This document shows, one piece after another, positions 54,253 through 64,000 of a stretch of DNA of 64,000 bases. Origin of the DNA: an uncultured Acidobacteriaceae bacterium (GTDB lineage Bacteria; Acidobacteriota; Terriglobia; Terriglobales; Acidobacteriaceae); assembly GCA_963777205.1 (NCBI GenBank), contig CAVZPQ010000004.1, positions 71,444 through 135,443 on the forward strand, in the 5' to 3' direction. The notes under the pieces were generated by a model. That model was given only the letters and a program-made list of their open reading frames with translations. It had not been told where the DNA came from and did no database searches. Numbering within the stretch: position 1 is the stretch's first letter; each line of letters starts with the position of its first letter. The translations under genes were made by a program, and so were the position numbers.

Positions 54253-56996
54253 CTAGTCCTCAAACAGCCAGTCCAGGTTCGGCGGCTGCTTGCTCTCGGG
54301 ATCGAAATTCACATGCGGAGTCACGTGCGTGTCCTCCGGAATGAACCCAAGCACCACGTAGGCTCCCTTGCCGAGATCCAGATCGTTCTCCCCGGCCGGC
54401 AACGGCTTCGCCCACACACTGATCGGCACTCCCTTAGCCCCCGCCACCCCATCCGGCAGCAAAATATTCCACTGCTCCGTGTCCGGTGACACATTCACCT
54501 GCTTGCGCGAGTTGGACTTGAAGAACCCCACCAGGATCTGCGCCGGCTTATCCAGCCTGAAATGAATCGGCGTCTCCTGGTGAGCCGAGACCCGAATCCC
54601 CTTCAGCCCATCCAGCTCAGGCGCCACCGAAGCGATCGGCACATCCTGATCGCTGTACAGGCTCGCACCTTTGGTGACAGTGAAGACTTCGCCGGCGCCG
54701 GGCTGCAGCGTGAAGCCAACCTGCGGAAGCTGATGCGGCTTTGTCTCAGAGATTTGCGACCCGGAGCGTAGCGCCGCGAGCGCGGCTATCAAAGGTGGCG
54801 AGCTCTTTCTGGTACACGGGAAGCAGGTCGCGCCAGTGGTCGGTCTGGGGCCCTCCGCGGACTGGAATCTGCCGCTGGGAGGTCTCCATGCCTGCAGCAT
54901 TTTGATACGTTTTAAGGGTTAATTTGGTCAGTTTTGCGTATTCCTGAACACTGTCTGCGAGGAACGTGCGGGCCTCGGCGAGATGGGACAGATCATGGTC
55001 GTAGCCGTAGCGCATGACCAGGGCGGCGGCCTGAACCTTCGCGTTGTAGAAGGCCATCAGGTACTGCGATCGCGCGCATGTCGTTGACAATGCGTTCGTA
55101 CTCCGGCCTTCCATCGGGAGCGATTCCTGGACCGGCGGCTTCGGCCTCTTTCACCGCTTCGGCGGACTTCTCGGCTGCGTCGGCTGCAACACTCAGCGGA
55201 TTCTCACCGTGGTGCTTGCCGCCATGCACTTCGTTCGCAACCCACTCATCCAGCCGTTCGCCATCCGGCGCGTCCGCGGTCCAAAGTGTCTGCGCCGGGT
55301 TGAAGCGCGCGGCGTCGATGAGCTGCGGCATGGTCATGCCGAGCGAGAGGACCTCGCGATTTCCCTCGGTGATGCCGAGACGGCGAATGACTTCGGGAGC
55401 GCATTGTCCGGAGAGCTCGTAGGCAGCAAGAAGGTGCGCTCCGGTCTGCATCTGCTCGGCCGTGGGCTTGTGGATCTCGGACGCAATGGTCTGGATGCTT
55501 TCGAGGCCGACTACGCGATCGCTGTGGCCCTGTGCATCCACTCCGCCGGGAACAGCGAAGCGGCGAGCGAACTGCTCGCTCCAGTAGGCCTGTTCGAGTG
55601 CGGGATCACGTTCAGGATTCCAGGCGTAGCGGGCCCAGCTTGCGAACCATATCCAGTCGCGGTCGGTCTGGATCAGCCGCGGCTGAGTGTTATCCGCGCT
55701 GTAAGGCCAGTCCCAATAGCGCAACGGGTAGACGTGCACACCGCCGATCCCGAGGCGGATGAAGTTGCTCTCGGTCTGGCGGACAAACGTCGGGTCGCCC
55801 CAGCGGAAGGGCTCAAGATTCGACAGCAAGTGGATGTTGACGATGGTGTCGTTCGACTCCTTCACCATCGACTGAAATTTCTCCTTCACGCTGCCGCGGA
55901 TATTGGTCCAGGTGAGCGACTCACCGTTCCACTTCCACATGGTGTCGATGTTGGAGTAGAGCGGACGCGCTTCCGCCATGGCTTCATCGATGTCCGTGGC
56001 GTGTGCGCGCACCACAATGGGTGGCTGCGGCACCGGATGACCGACCGCTTTCTCCTCTTCAGCAAGACCCTCGAGCACGCCCGGGATGATGGTCTTGGAG
56101 AGCCACTCGGGACCGTAGTGCGGGCCCATGGCTTCGCCCAGTGTCATGAAGATTCCGACGTTCGGGTAGTTACGGATGAACTCGGAGATGCAGTAGCGCG
56201 TGTAGTCGCTGGCCAGTGGCGTTGGCGCCGAGAGATGGTAGGGAAGGTTGTGGGCGCGCGCGAACGCGTGCGAGAGATGGATGTTGTAGAAGCCCTGCAG
56301 AATCCAGATGCCGCGCTTGTCCGCTTCCGCGGTGATCCAGCGGAACATGGCGATGTTTTCGTCGAGCTGAGCGGACGGAATCTCCTGCGCCTCGGGGTAC
56401 CTGGGCAGCTTCAGCAACGAGGTGAATGGGTGACCGTTCCAGAGAAAGAGCGCATTGGTGCGCTGCTCGGCGAGTTGATCGAGATAACGGATCCACTCTG
56501 GCTTGTCGTAGAACCACGGAAAGTTTTTGGGCGTGTAAGGGTAGTCGTATTCCGCGCCTTCGTAGGTGATCTCAGGCTTCTGCAGACCGATGACGGCGCC
56601 GCGAATATGAAGCTGCGGATGGTCTTCAAACTCCAGTTGCTTTGGCAGCGCGCCGGAGGCATGAATGCGGTCGATCAGTTCTTCCGCGCCGTAGAGGACG
56701 CCCGAGGCGTCGGCGCCTTCGATGACGATGTTGTTGCCAATGCGCTTGAGGACGAACGCTTCCCTGGCGCCGGGCCAAAGCTCGGGAACCTGTTTGCCGA
56801 ACGAGGCGAGCAGCGGATCACCTTGCACAGCGAGGACGATGCGCTCTTTACCGCCGAGCTTGGCAACGGCGGCACGCAGACGCTCCGCAGCGTATTGCTC
56901 GCGAGGAGTGGCGTGCGATGACACTTCGATTTTCGCGGTGGCGAGAGCAGAGAGCGGCGCCGCAAGAACGATGAACGAGAGAAGCAGAGAGCGCAT
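54253..56996 (-). CDS. Secreted GH138-like alpha-galacturonidase; frameshifts near 55065 and 54780
   Basis: 'RGAVIGLQK...YDYPYTPKNFPWFYDK', 'LWNGHPF.SL.KL..YP', 'EADKRGIWILQGFYNI', 'NIHLLSNLEPFRWG', 'YPLRYWDWPY', 'DRDWIW' recall BT0997-type sequences. Confidence 0.78.
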
Positions 56997-57011
56997 GCGT
57001 GAGACCTTGAG

Positions 57012-58624
57012 CTAGTCAGGAACTTCAGGAGTCGGAGCTTTGCCGGCCGGCTTGCCGGCAACATCGGAGACCTTGCGGAAGACGATCGCCTGATAAGGCC
57101 TGTTCGGCAGATCTACGCGTGATTTCCCGGAGAATGTACCGGGCAGCTTTTGCTCAGTCATGGCGAAGGGATCGATCAGGCTTGCTTCGAATGTGACGGT
57201 GTTCGGAAGCGGGAACTCGTAGCGCGCGGGCCGGTGGTAGTCGAAGTACCAGAGATAGATCTGGTTGGGTGTGCCGGCAGAGAGGTAGTAGGAGCCTTCG
57301 AACTCGTTGAGGCCGACGTTGGTGCAGCGCGCGACGAGATCGTGGAGGAACTTGATGCGTGGAGCGGAGTCGCCGCGCAGGCGGCCGGCGTCAGACCAGC
57401 TTGATTCATGCGCATGCGGGCCGGAATCGGCGGAGATGAAGACCTCGCCATGCGAGGCATAGCTGCCGTAGATGGTGGCCAGCCAGAAGCGGCGCGTCAT
57501 CTCTTCTGCGGAGAGGTTTCCCCAGCGGCGCTCGACGTCGCCTTCGTACTGGATCTCGTCGTAGATGATGGGCTTGTTCCAGGCGAGACGGCGCTCCGCG
57601 GATTTTTCGAAGTCGTAGCTCTGCAAACTGGCGTGCGTGCACCAGGGCTTGGAATGGTCGTAGATGACGCGGGAGTGGTGGATGGAACGCAGGTGACGGT
57701 AAGGATCTTCGGCCTGGACGACACGGAAGAAGTGGTCCCAGTCGGACATCGTCTTGGCGCGCACGAGGTCGTACTCATTGGCGATGGACCACCAGACGTT
57801 GCGGAAGGCAGCGAGGCGTGCGATTACGTAGCGGAGGTAAAAGTCGTCGACTTCGTCGGGCATGGTCTTGTAGCCCCACGCGTCGTAGGGATGGAAGAGG
57901 ATGCAATCGGCTTCGATTCCGGCGGCCTGAAGTTGAAGCAGGCGACGCTCGAGGCGCTGAAAGTACGCGGGGTTGAAGCGGTCGTAGACGTTGGCTTTGC
58001 CGGTGGAGTCGGGCGTGCCGTTGCTTGGGAAGGGCAACATGCCTACGCCGTTGAGCGGGCCCGGACCGAGCGGCTTGGGGAGAACGCAGGCGCGAGTCTT
58101 GTTGAAGTGCGGCACCATGCCGGCGAGTGAGTTTGAGGCGTTCTCGTCGGAGGTGAAGAAGAAGGCGTAGGTCGTGGTGCCAAACGGGAAGTAAGGTGTG
58201 CCGTCGGCGTACTCGAAATGAAACTGATGCGCGGTGGTGACGGGACCGTGATTGCCTGGGTGGGGCGGAGTGCAGGTGAGGCGGCCTGTGTGACCGTTCA
58301 GCTCGGGCGCGGAGCTGGTGGTCCTATACGTCCAGGCGCCGGGCATGTCCGGCATGAAGCGGATGCGAAAGGTGCCGTCGCCGTCGTAGAAGCCTTTGAT
58401 GTCTACGGTGCGGTGTTCATGGGTGAACTGCGCCGATAGCGTGATATCGCGGAATGGATTGCCGGCAGAAGGCCCCTTGAGGAGCGATTTCGTACAGGCC
58501 CCACTGCTCGGTTTGGCCCGATTCTGCGGGTGGGCACGTCCGTTTGTGCAGAGAGAACCTGGGTGTTGAGGGCTGCGGCGACGGCGGTGGCGCCACCGAG
58601 TTTCAGCACATCTCTGCGATCCAT
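57012..58624 (-). CDS. Tat-exported DUF5060/DUF4038 (apiosidase-like)/DUF5605 protein; frameshift near 58500
   Basis: Twin-Arg 'MDRRDVLK'; 'GFYDGDGTFRIRFMP', 'YADGTPYFPFGTT', 'NPAYFQRLE', 'RYVIARLAAFRNVWWSIANEYD', 'DEIQYEG'. Confidence 0.82.
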
Positions 58625-58773
58625 GCGGGTCCTTTCTAAACCACACTATGGCGGCTCGGCCGTGATGATTGAAAATTATGTACCAAATCTGAAATATACG
58701 CGATATCTTACAATGGAGCGCCTGACGCGGCGACGATAAGCTGCGGCATAGTTCGGGTAGAGACAAGGGTAAG

Positions 58774-59601
58774 ATGGCGACCAATTCGGCAACAAAGAAG
58801 AGCGTACGGCGGCGAATCCCAAAGTGGGCCCTCCAGAACGGCGATGGAGCACAGGGCGATGAGGTCTATTACCTGCGTTCGATTGGGCGGGCGCTGGACG
58901 TTCTGGACTGCTTCGACGGCCAGACGCCGTTGGCGCTGAAGGAGATCAGCGCGAAGATGCGGCTGCCGGAATCGACGCTGTTCCGCGTGCTGCGGACGCT
59001 GGAACGGCACGAATACCTGCAGCAGGACCGCGATGGAACCTACCAGTTGTCGCCGCGGCTCATCTTCGGCTGGCTGGTGCGTGCGGCGGATCATGCGCGC
59101 GAGGTCGCGCGGCCCGAGATGGAGCGGCTGGTGAATACGTTCAATGAGACGGCAAGCCTGGCGTTCTTGTTCGACGACCGCATCCACGTGCTGGACTGCA
59201 TGGAGACGTTCCATGAGATCCGGATGACGAACAAGATCGGACGCGTGCTGCCACCCCACTGTTCGGCGCTGGGAAAGGCGATAACAGCCTTTCAGGACAG
59301 GCGTTTAGCTGACAGGATGCTGGAAGTTTACGGCCTGACCGCGCGGACCGAGCACACCATTACAGACCGGCAGAAGCTGTTTGAGGAATTCAATCTGATC
59401 CGGGAGAACGGCGTCGCGTGCGATCGCGAGGAGTCGATCCGGGGCGGAATCTGCTACGCCGCGGCGGTGCAGGCTGCGGGGAAACCGGTGAAGGCGGCGA
59501 TCAGCGTATCGACGCCGGCGACCAGGATGGATGCCGGGCGGGAGAAAGAGATCCGGGCGGCGGTTGTGGAGGCGGCGGCGGAGATCGGGCGCAAGCTGTA
59601 G
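58774..59601 (+). CDS. IclR-family transcriptional regulator
   Basis: 'SIGRALDVLDCF', HTH 'LPESTLFRVLRTL', 'HCSALGKA', 'DREE..GG.CYAA', 'AAISVS'. Confidence 0.95.
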   Translation: MATNSATKKSVRRRIPKWALQNGDGAQGDEVYYLRSIGRALDVLDCFDGQTPLALKEISAKMRLPESTLFRVLRTLERHEYLQQDRDGTYQLSPRLIFGWLVRAADHAREVARPEMERLVNTFNETASLAFLFDDRIHVLDCMETFHEIRMTNKIGRVLPPHCSALGKAITAFQDRRLADRMLEVYGLTARTEHTITDRQKLFEEFNLIRENGVACDREESIRGGICYAAAVQAAGKPVKAAISVSTPATRMDAGREKEIRAAVVEAAAEIGRKL

Positions 59602-59726
59602 GGTGTTCAGGTGTAGTGGCAATTACCCGAAGATAATTTTCACAAATGCTTGACATTCGTTCAGGCGCTTCGCTAGTTTTGTGGACGCTCATAGAACCCT
59701 CCGAAATGCCTCCAGGAGTTCCACGA

Positions 59727-62700
59727 ATGAAACGCAGCGTCCTTATTGCCCTCCTCTGCTTCAGTGCAGTCGCCTATGGCCAGGAGACCCGTGCCACGTT
59801 GACCGGACACGTGTCGGATTCATCAGGAGCGCGGATTCCTGATGCAAAGATTCGCGTCACGGATACGGAAACCGGTGTGGTGACGAACGCGAAATCGAAC
59901 TCAGCGGGAGATTTCAACGTGCCGTTTCTGCAGCCGGGCACTTATCGCGTGGATGCGACGCACGAGGGATTCAAGAACTACACGCACACGGGGCTGGTGC
60001 TGCAAACCGAGCAGACGGTAACGGAGAACATTACGCTGCCGGTGGGCGCGGTGAACGAGAGCGTGACCGTGGAAGGAAATACGCCGCTGATCGATACGGC
60101 GACGGCCGACACGGGGCAGACGCTGACGGCGGAAGAGGTTGAGGAGCTGCCGAGCAACGGGCGGTCGCCGCTTGGGTTTGCGCACCTCGAATATGGCGTA
60201 GTCGCCAAGGGCAAGCACTCGCAGTCGCAGACGACCCCGTTTGGCAACCAAACGGCGGATGACTTTTCGATTGGCGGCGGCGCGTCTTCATCAAACGAGC
60301 TGCTGCTCAATGGCACGCCGAACATGCAGGACTCGAGCCGTACGGCCGGCTTCAGCCCGGAGCTTGACGCCGTCGATGCCGTGCACGTGGACCTGTTCTC
60401 CGCGAACGCGGCGATGGGTGATTCCTCGGGGGGCGTGGTAAATATCACGACGAAGTCCGGCACCAACCAGTACCACGGAACGGCGTCGGAGTATTACGGC
60501 GGGTCGCGTCCGCTGACGGCGAAGCCGTACTTCACGCCTGCCGGCCAGCAGACTTCGTCGACGCACTACAATCAGTTCGGCGCGACGATTGGCGGCCCAG
60601 TGTGGATTCCCCACTTGTTCAACGGCCGGGACAAGGCATTCTTTTTCTACTCGTTTGAGGGCTATAAGGGCTCGAAGCCAGCGACGGCGATCACCACCGT
60701 TCCTACTGCTGCTGAACGCCAGGGCGACTTTTCCGCGCTGTACAACCTGGGCCAGACGATGACGCCGACGACCTATACCCGCTGCACGGTAAACGGCACC
60801 AAATACACGGCAAGCTACAACCCCTACCAGTTTTTCAGCCCTTATAGCGCAACTCCGGATCCGCAGTGCCCGGGCCAGTATCTGCGTACTCCGATCCCCA
60901 ATGACAACCTTACTGCTGGCGGGTTGACGCTGAGCCCGATTGCGCAGGCGTATCTGAACAAGGTGCCGCTGCCAAACTACACCGGTGCGTCCCTCACCGC
61001 CAGCGGGGAGAACAATTACTTCGCGAGCGATCCGACGGTCGACGATTACATCTCGCACGAAGGCCGTTTCGACTACAACTTGTCGACGCGAAACCGTTTC
61101 TCGTTCGAAGCGCATGAGAGCCGATATCAAAACAGTCAGAGCAACATCTTCTACAACCCGCTGACGGGCACCAGTTCTCGCGTGATTCTATGGGGCGGTT
61201 TTGCGGAAGATGTGCAAAACTTCTCGCCTTCGACAAGCCTCGATCTCCGGTTGAGCCTCACTCGTTCGGAAAACACCTCGAATCCGAACAGCATTGGCAT
61301 CAGCCCGACTTCGCTTGGCTACGCTTCCTACCTTGCATCGAATTCGACCGCCCTCGCCATTCCCGGTCTGACCTTCTCCGACAACGGGGCGGCGATCCCG
61401 AGCCTGAGCGGGAATCCCGGAAACCAGGCGTATTTCGATACTATCCAGCTGTTCGGCAGCTTCAACAAAATCATCGGACGGCATTCGCTAAAGTTCGGTC
61501 CGGATATCCGCTCCAATAAAGACTCGACACTTTCGCCGAGCGCAGCGAATGGGGGCTTTGCGTTTTCGGTAAGCAACGGTGGTCCGATCACAAATGGAAC
61601 GTCAGCTCCGGCACCGTTGTTTGGTGGCGCCTTCGCTCAATTCATGCTGGGGCTGCCGACCGGTGGCAGCGAAGCGATCGCAAACCGCTATCAGTACAAC
61701 AATTGGTACATCGCGGGTTTCGCCCAGGATGACTGGAAGGTTCTCCCGAATTTCACGATCAGCATGGGAATACGCCTGGAGCACGAGACACCGGTTACAG
61801 AGAGCAACAACCGGATGCTGGTGGGTTTTGACCCGACCGGCACGAATGCGGTCACGGCTGCGGCAGAGGCTGCGTACGCGAAAGCGCCCAGCAGCTATCT
61901 CCCTGCGAGCGCGTTCCAGCCGGTCGGCACGCTGCTCTATGCCACGCCGGGCCATCGCTCCTCGTACTCCACCGCTCCGATCTATGCGAGCCCGCGCATT
62001 GGATTCTCTTATGCTCCGGATGCCTTCCACGGCACACTGGCGATTCGCGGCGGTTTTGCCATCTACCTCAATCCGTTCAACGACTACAATTTTGGCCAGA
62101 ATTACGGTTATACCGCGAGCACGAGCTTCGTTCAGCTCGACTATCCAGCGTCGGGTATCCCCTCGTCCACACTCGCGGATCCTTTCGACTCGAGTGTGAA
62201 CCCCATCCAACTGCCTATCGGCAATTCGCTTGGCGGTAACGTCAATCTAGGCAACAGCATCGTCTTCATCAACCCCAATGTGAAGGTGCCTTACGTAGAA
62301 AAAGCCACGCTCGATGTGCAGAAGCAATTCGGTCACAACTGGATGGTTGAGATCGGTGGTTTCACGTCGCACTCGATCCATCTTTCCTACAGCAACCAGA
62401 TCAGCTCAACACCTTTGCTGCCGTATCTCAGCCGTTCCAACTACTTGGATCCCGCGGCGAATCAGTTCTTCGCGACTCAGGTTGCCAACCCGTTCCTTGG
62501 GCTGTACCCGAGTGCGTACTCGAGCGTTAGCTTGAATAAGAGCAAGACCATTGGCATCGGCACCCTCCTGCAGACCTATCCGCAGTACTCCAGCGTCACC
62601 GAGCAGCTCGTCCCGGGGCAGAACGCAACCTTCAATGCGTTGAATGCGCGCCTGACGAAACGCATGTCCTATGGCCTGCAGTTCGATATCAATTACGAAT

Positions 62701-63313
62701 GGTCGCGCGAGTTGGGAGCACAGAGCCAGCTCAACACGGGCGGACCTCTGTGGTACGGAGAAACTACCTCGGACTTCCCACAGCACCTGTCAGTCATGGC
62801 GATCTATGAGCTTCCTTTCGGTCGGGGCAAGGCGTTCCTCAACGGCAGCCGCTGGGCCGACGAGGCGATTGGCGGATGGCGTGTGACCGGCATCTATCAG
62901 GCCTTGTCCGGCACTCCCATCCAGTGGGGCAAGACGGGGGACGGTGGCGTGATCTATACGGGCAACTGGCACGACTTCGACAACCACCCCCACCAGGCTA
63001 ACGGCCAGCCTTCGTTCAACATCGCGAACTTTGACCGCAACAAGTCTGACCAGCCGAACGGCAACAACTACCGTACGTTCCCGATGTATCTTCTCCGTTC
63101 CGATGCGACCAACGACGTTGATCTCTCGGTGCTGAAGAACTTCACTCTGGGTGAGCGCTTCGTGTTGCAGCCGCGCGTCGATGCTTTCAACGCCTTGAAC
63201 CACGTCCAGTTCGGTGCGGCGAACGTTCTCCGACCTCCGGCTCCTTCGGCGTGGTCAACAGTCAGCTGAACTCCGGCAGGACCCTGCAGGGTGGACTTCA
63301 CATCCTCTTCTAA
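59727..63313 (+). CDS. TonB-dependent receptor with N-terminal carboxypeptidase-regulatory-like domain; terminal frameshift near 63230
   Basis: CAGGAG RBS and signal peptide; 'LPSNGR', 'GGVVNITTKSGTN', 'NQFGATIGGP', 'FAQDDWKV', 'SPRIGFSY', 'DAFNALNH'; the alternative frame ends 'GGLHILF*'. Confidence 0.93.
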
Positions 63314-63328
63314 CCAGCAGCAGCACAC

Positions 63329-63367
63329 GGCAAAGGCGGAGCGTGATGCGCTCCGCCTTTGTCTTTT
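63329..63367. terminator. Rho-independent terminator between convergent genes
   Basis: GGCAAAGGCGGAGCG-TGATG-CGCTCCGCCTTTGTC followed by TTTT. Confidence 0.85.
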
Positions 63368-63378
63368 GCGTTGGGATA

Positions 63379-64000
63379 TCAGGCGAAGCGCAGCTTAGCC
63401 GTTTGTCCTGCGGCGAGCGTGATGTTCACGCTGCGATCAGGATTGATTTGCGGCTTTGTGACTGTTGAACCGATGTGAATTTGTGTCACGGACTGATTCG
63501 GAGGAGACATGATGGTGTGGGTTGCAGACCGGAGTGAATGCAACTCCGCGGTCACCGCGCGGCCGCCATGCCATTCAACATTGATTTCCACGCCGCCGCG
63601 TGCGCGCAGGCCGCGGAAGCTGCCACTCGGCCATGCCTTCGGGAGCGCGGGTAAGATGCGGATGATGTGCGGAGGTGCGGATTCCGTCGAGCCTTGTGGT
63701 GGTGTCAGCGGTGTTTCGGCGTGCGACTGCAGAAGCATTTCGATGAAGCCGTTCGGGCCGCCGAGGTTGCCGTCGATCTGGAAGGGCGAGTTTTCTTTCA
63801 CACCGCAGACGTCGAGCAGATTGCCGCGCGTGCTGACACGCAGCAGCGCGAGTATGTTTTCGTAGCACGCCTCTCCGTCGCGCAGGCGGGCCATGCAGTT
63901 GATGATCCAGGCGCGCGACCAGCCGGTAGACCCGCCGCCGGCTGCAAGGCGCTTGTCGAGCACGAGGCGCGCAGCACGGGCGAGCTCGGGCGTTCCCTGC
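63379..64000 (-). CDS. GH95 alpha-L-fucosidase/L-galactosidase, C-terminal part (runs off the window)
   Basis: 'TGWSRAW', 'ARLRDGE', 'PFQIDGNLG', 'EMLLQSH', 'LPALPKAWPSG...GLRARGG'. Confidence 0.93.
   Translation of the reverse strand, partial: QGTPELARAARLVLDKRLAAGGGSTGWSRAWIINCMARLRDGEACYENILALLRVSTRGNLLDVCGVKENSPFQIDGNLGGPNGFIEMLLQSHAETPLTPPQGSTESAPPHIIRILPALPKAWPSGSFRGLRARGGVEINVEWHGGRAVTAELHSLRSATHTIMSPPNQSVTQIHIGSTVTKPQINPDRSVNITLAAGQTAKLRFA

Overview
GC-rich bacterial chromosome segment, most likely Acidobacteriota (Terriglobia-like). This is inferred from an acidobacterial-type VWA protein, a PEP-CTERM protein, a carboxypeptidase-regulatory-domain TonB-dependent receptor and GGGTGCCCCA/GGCACGGCTTCAGCCGTGCC palindromic repeats. 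The left half (1-29 kb) holds housekeeping and accessory genes: secA, lgt, hpt, udgX-like, aroA, miaB, GH31, an S53 peptidase and two Zn-alcohol dehydrogenases. The right half (29.7-64 kb) is a large glycan-utilisation locus. Its enzymes resemble, by recalled motifs, the Bacteroides rhamnogalacturonan-II (RG-II) set: GH141-, GH33/BNR-, GH142-, GH43_18-, GH138-, DUF4038- and GH95-like, plus esterases, IclR and a TonB receptor. It also contains two catabolic operons that I cannot match to described pathways: (i) PhyH dioxygenase + GPH transporter + cytoplasmic GH31 + GH141, and (ii) DUF1537 kinase + PdxA2 + SSS transporter + HpcH aldolase. Non-coding highlights are a two-hairpin C-loop sRNA candidate (12046-12151), a ~65-bp element present twice near strand-skew boundaries, REP-like palindromes lying in frame within coding sequence, a sigma-54 promoter before the PEP-CTERM gene, and a SecM-like uORF before secA. 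About 20 genes carry single-base frameshifts, probably long-read assembly indels. No rRNA, tRNA, CRISPR array or transposase was seen. All family assignments come from motif recognition; no database search was run.
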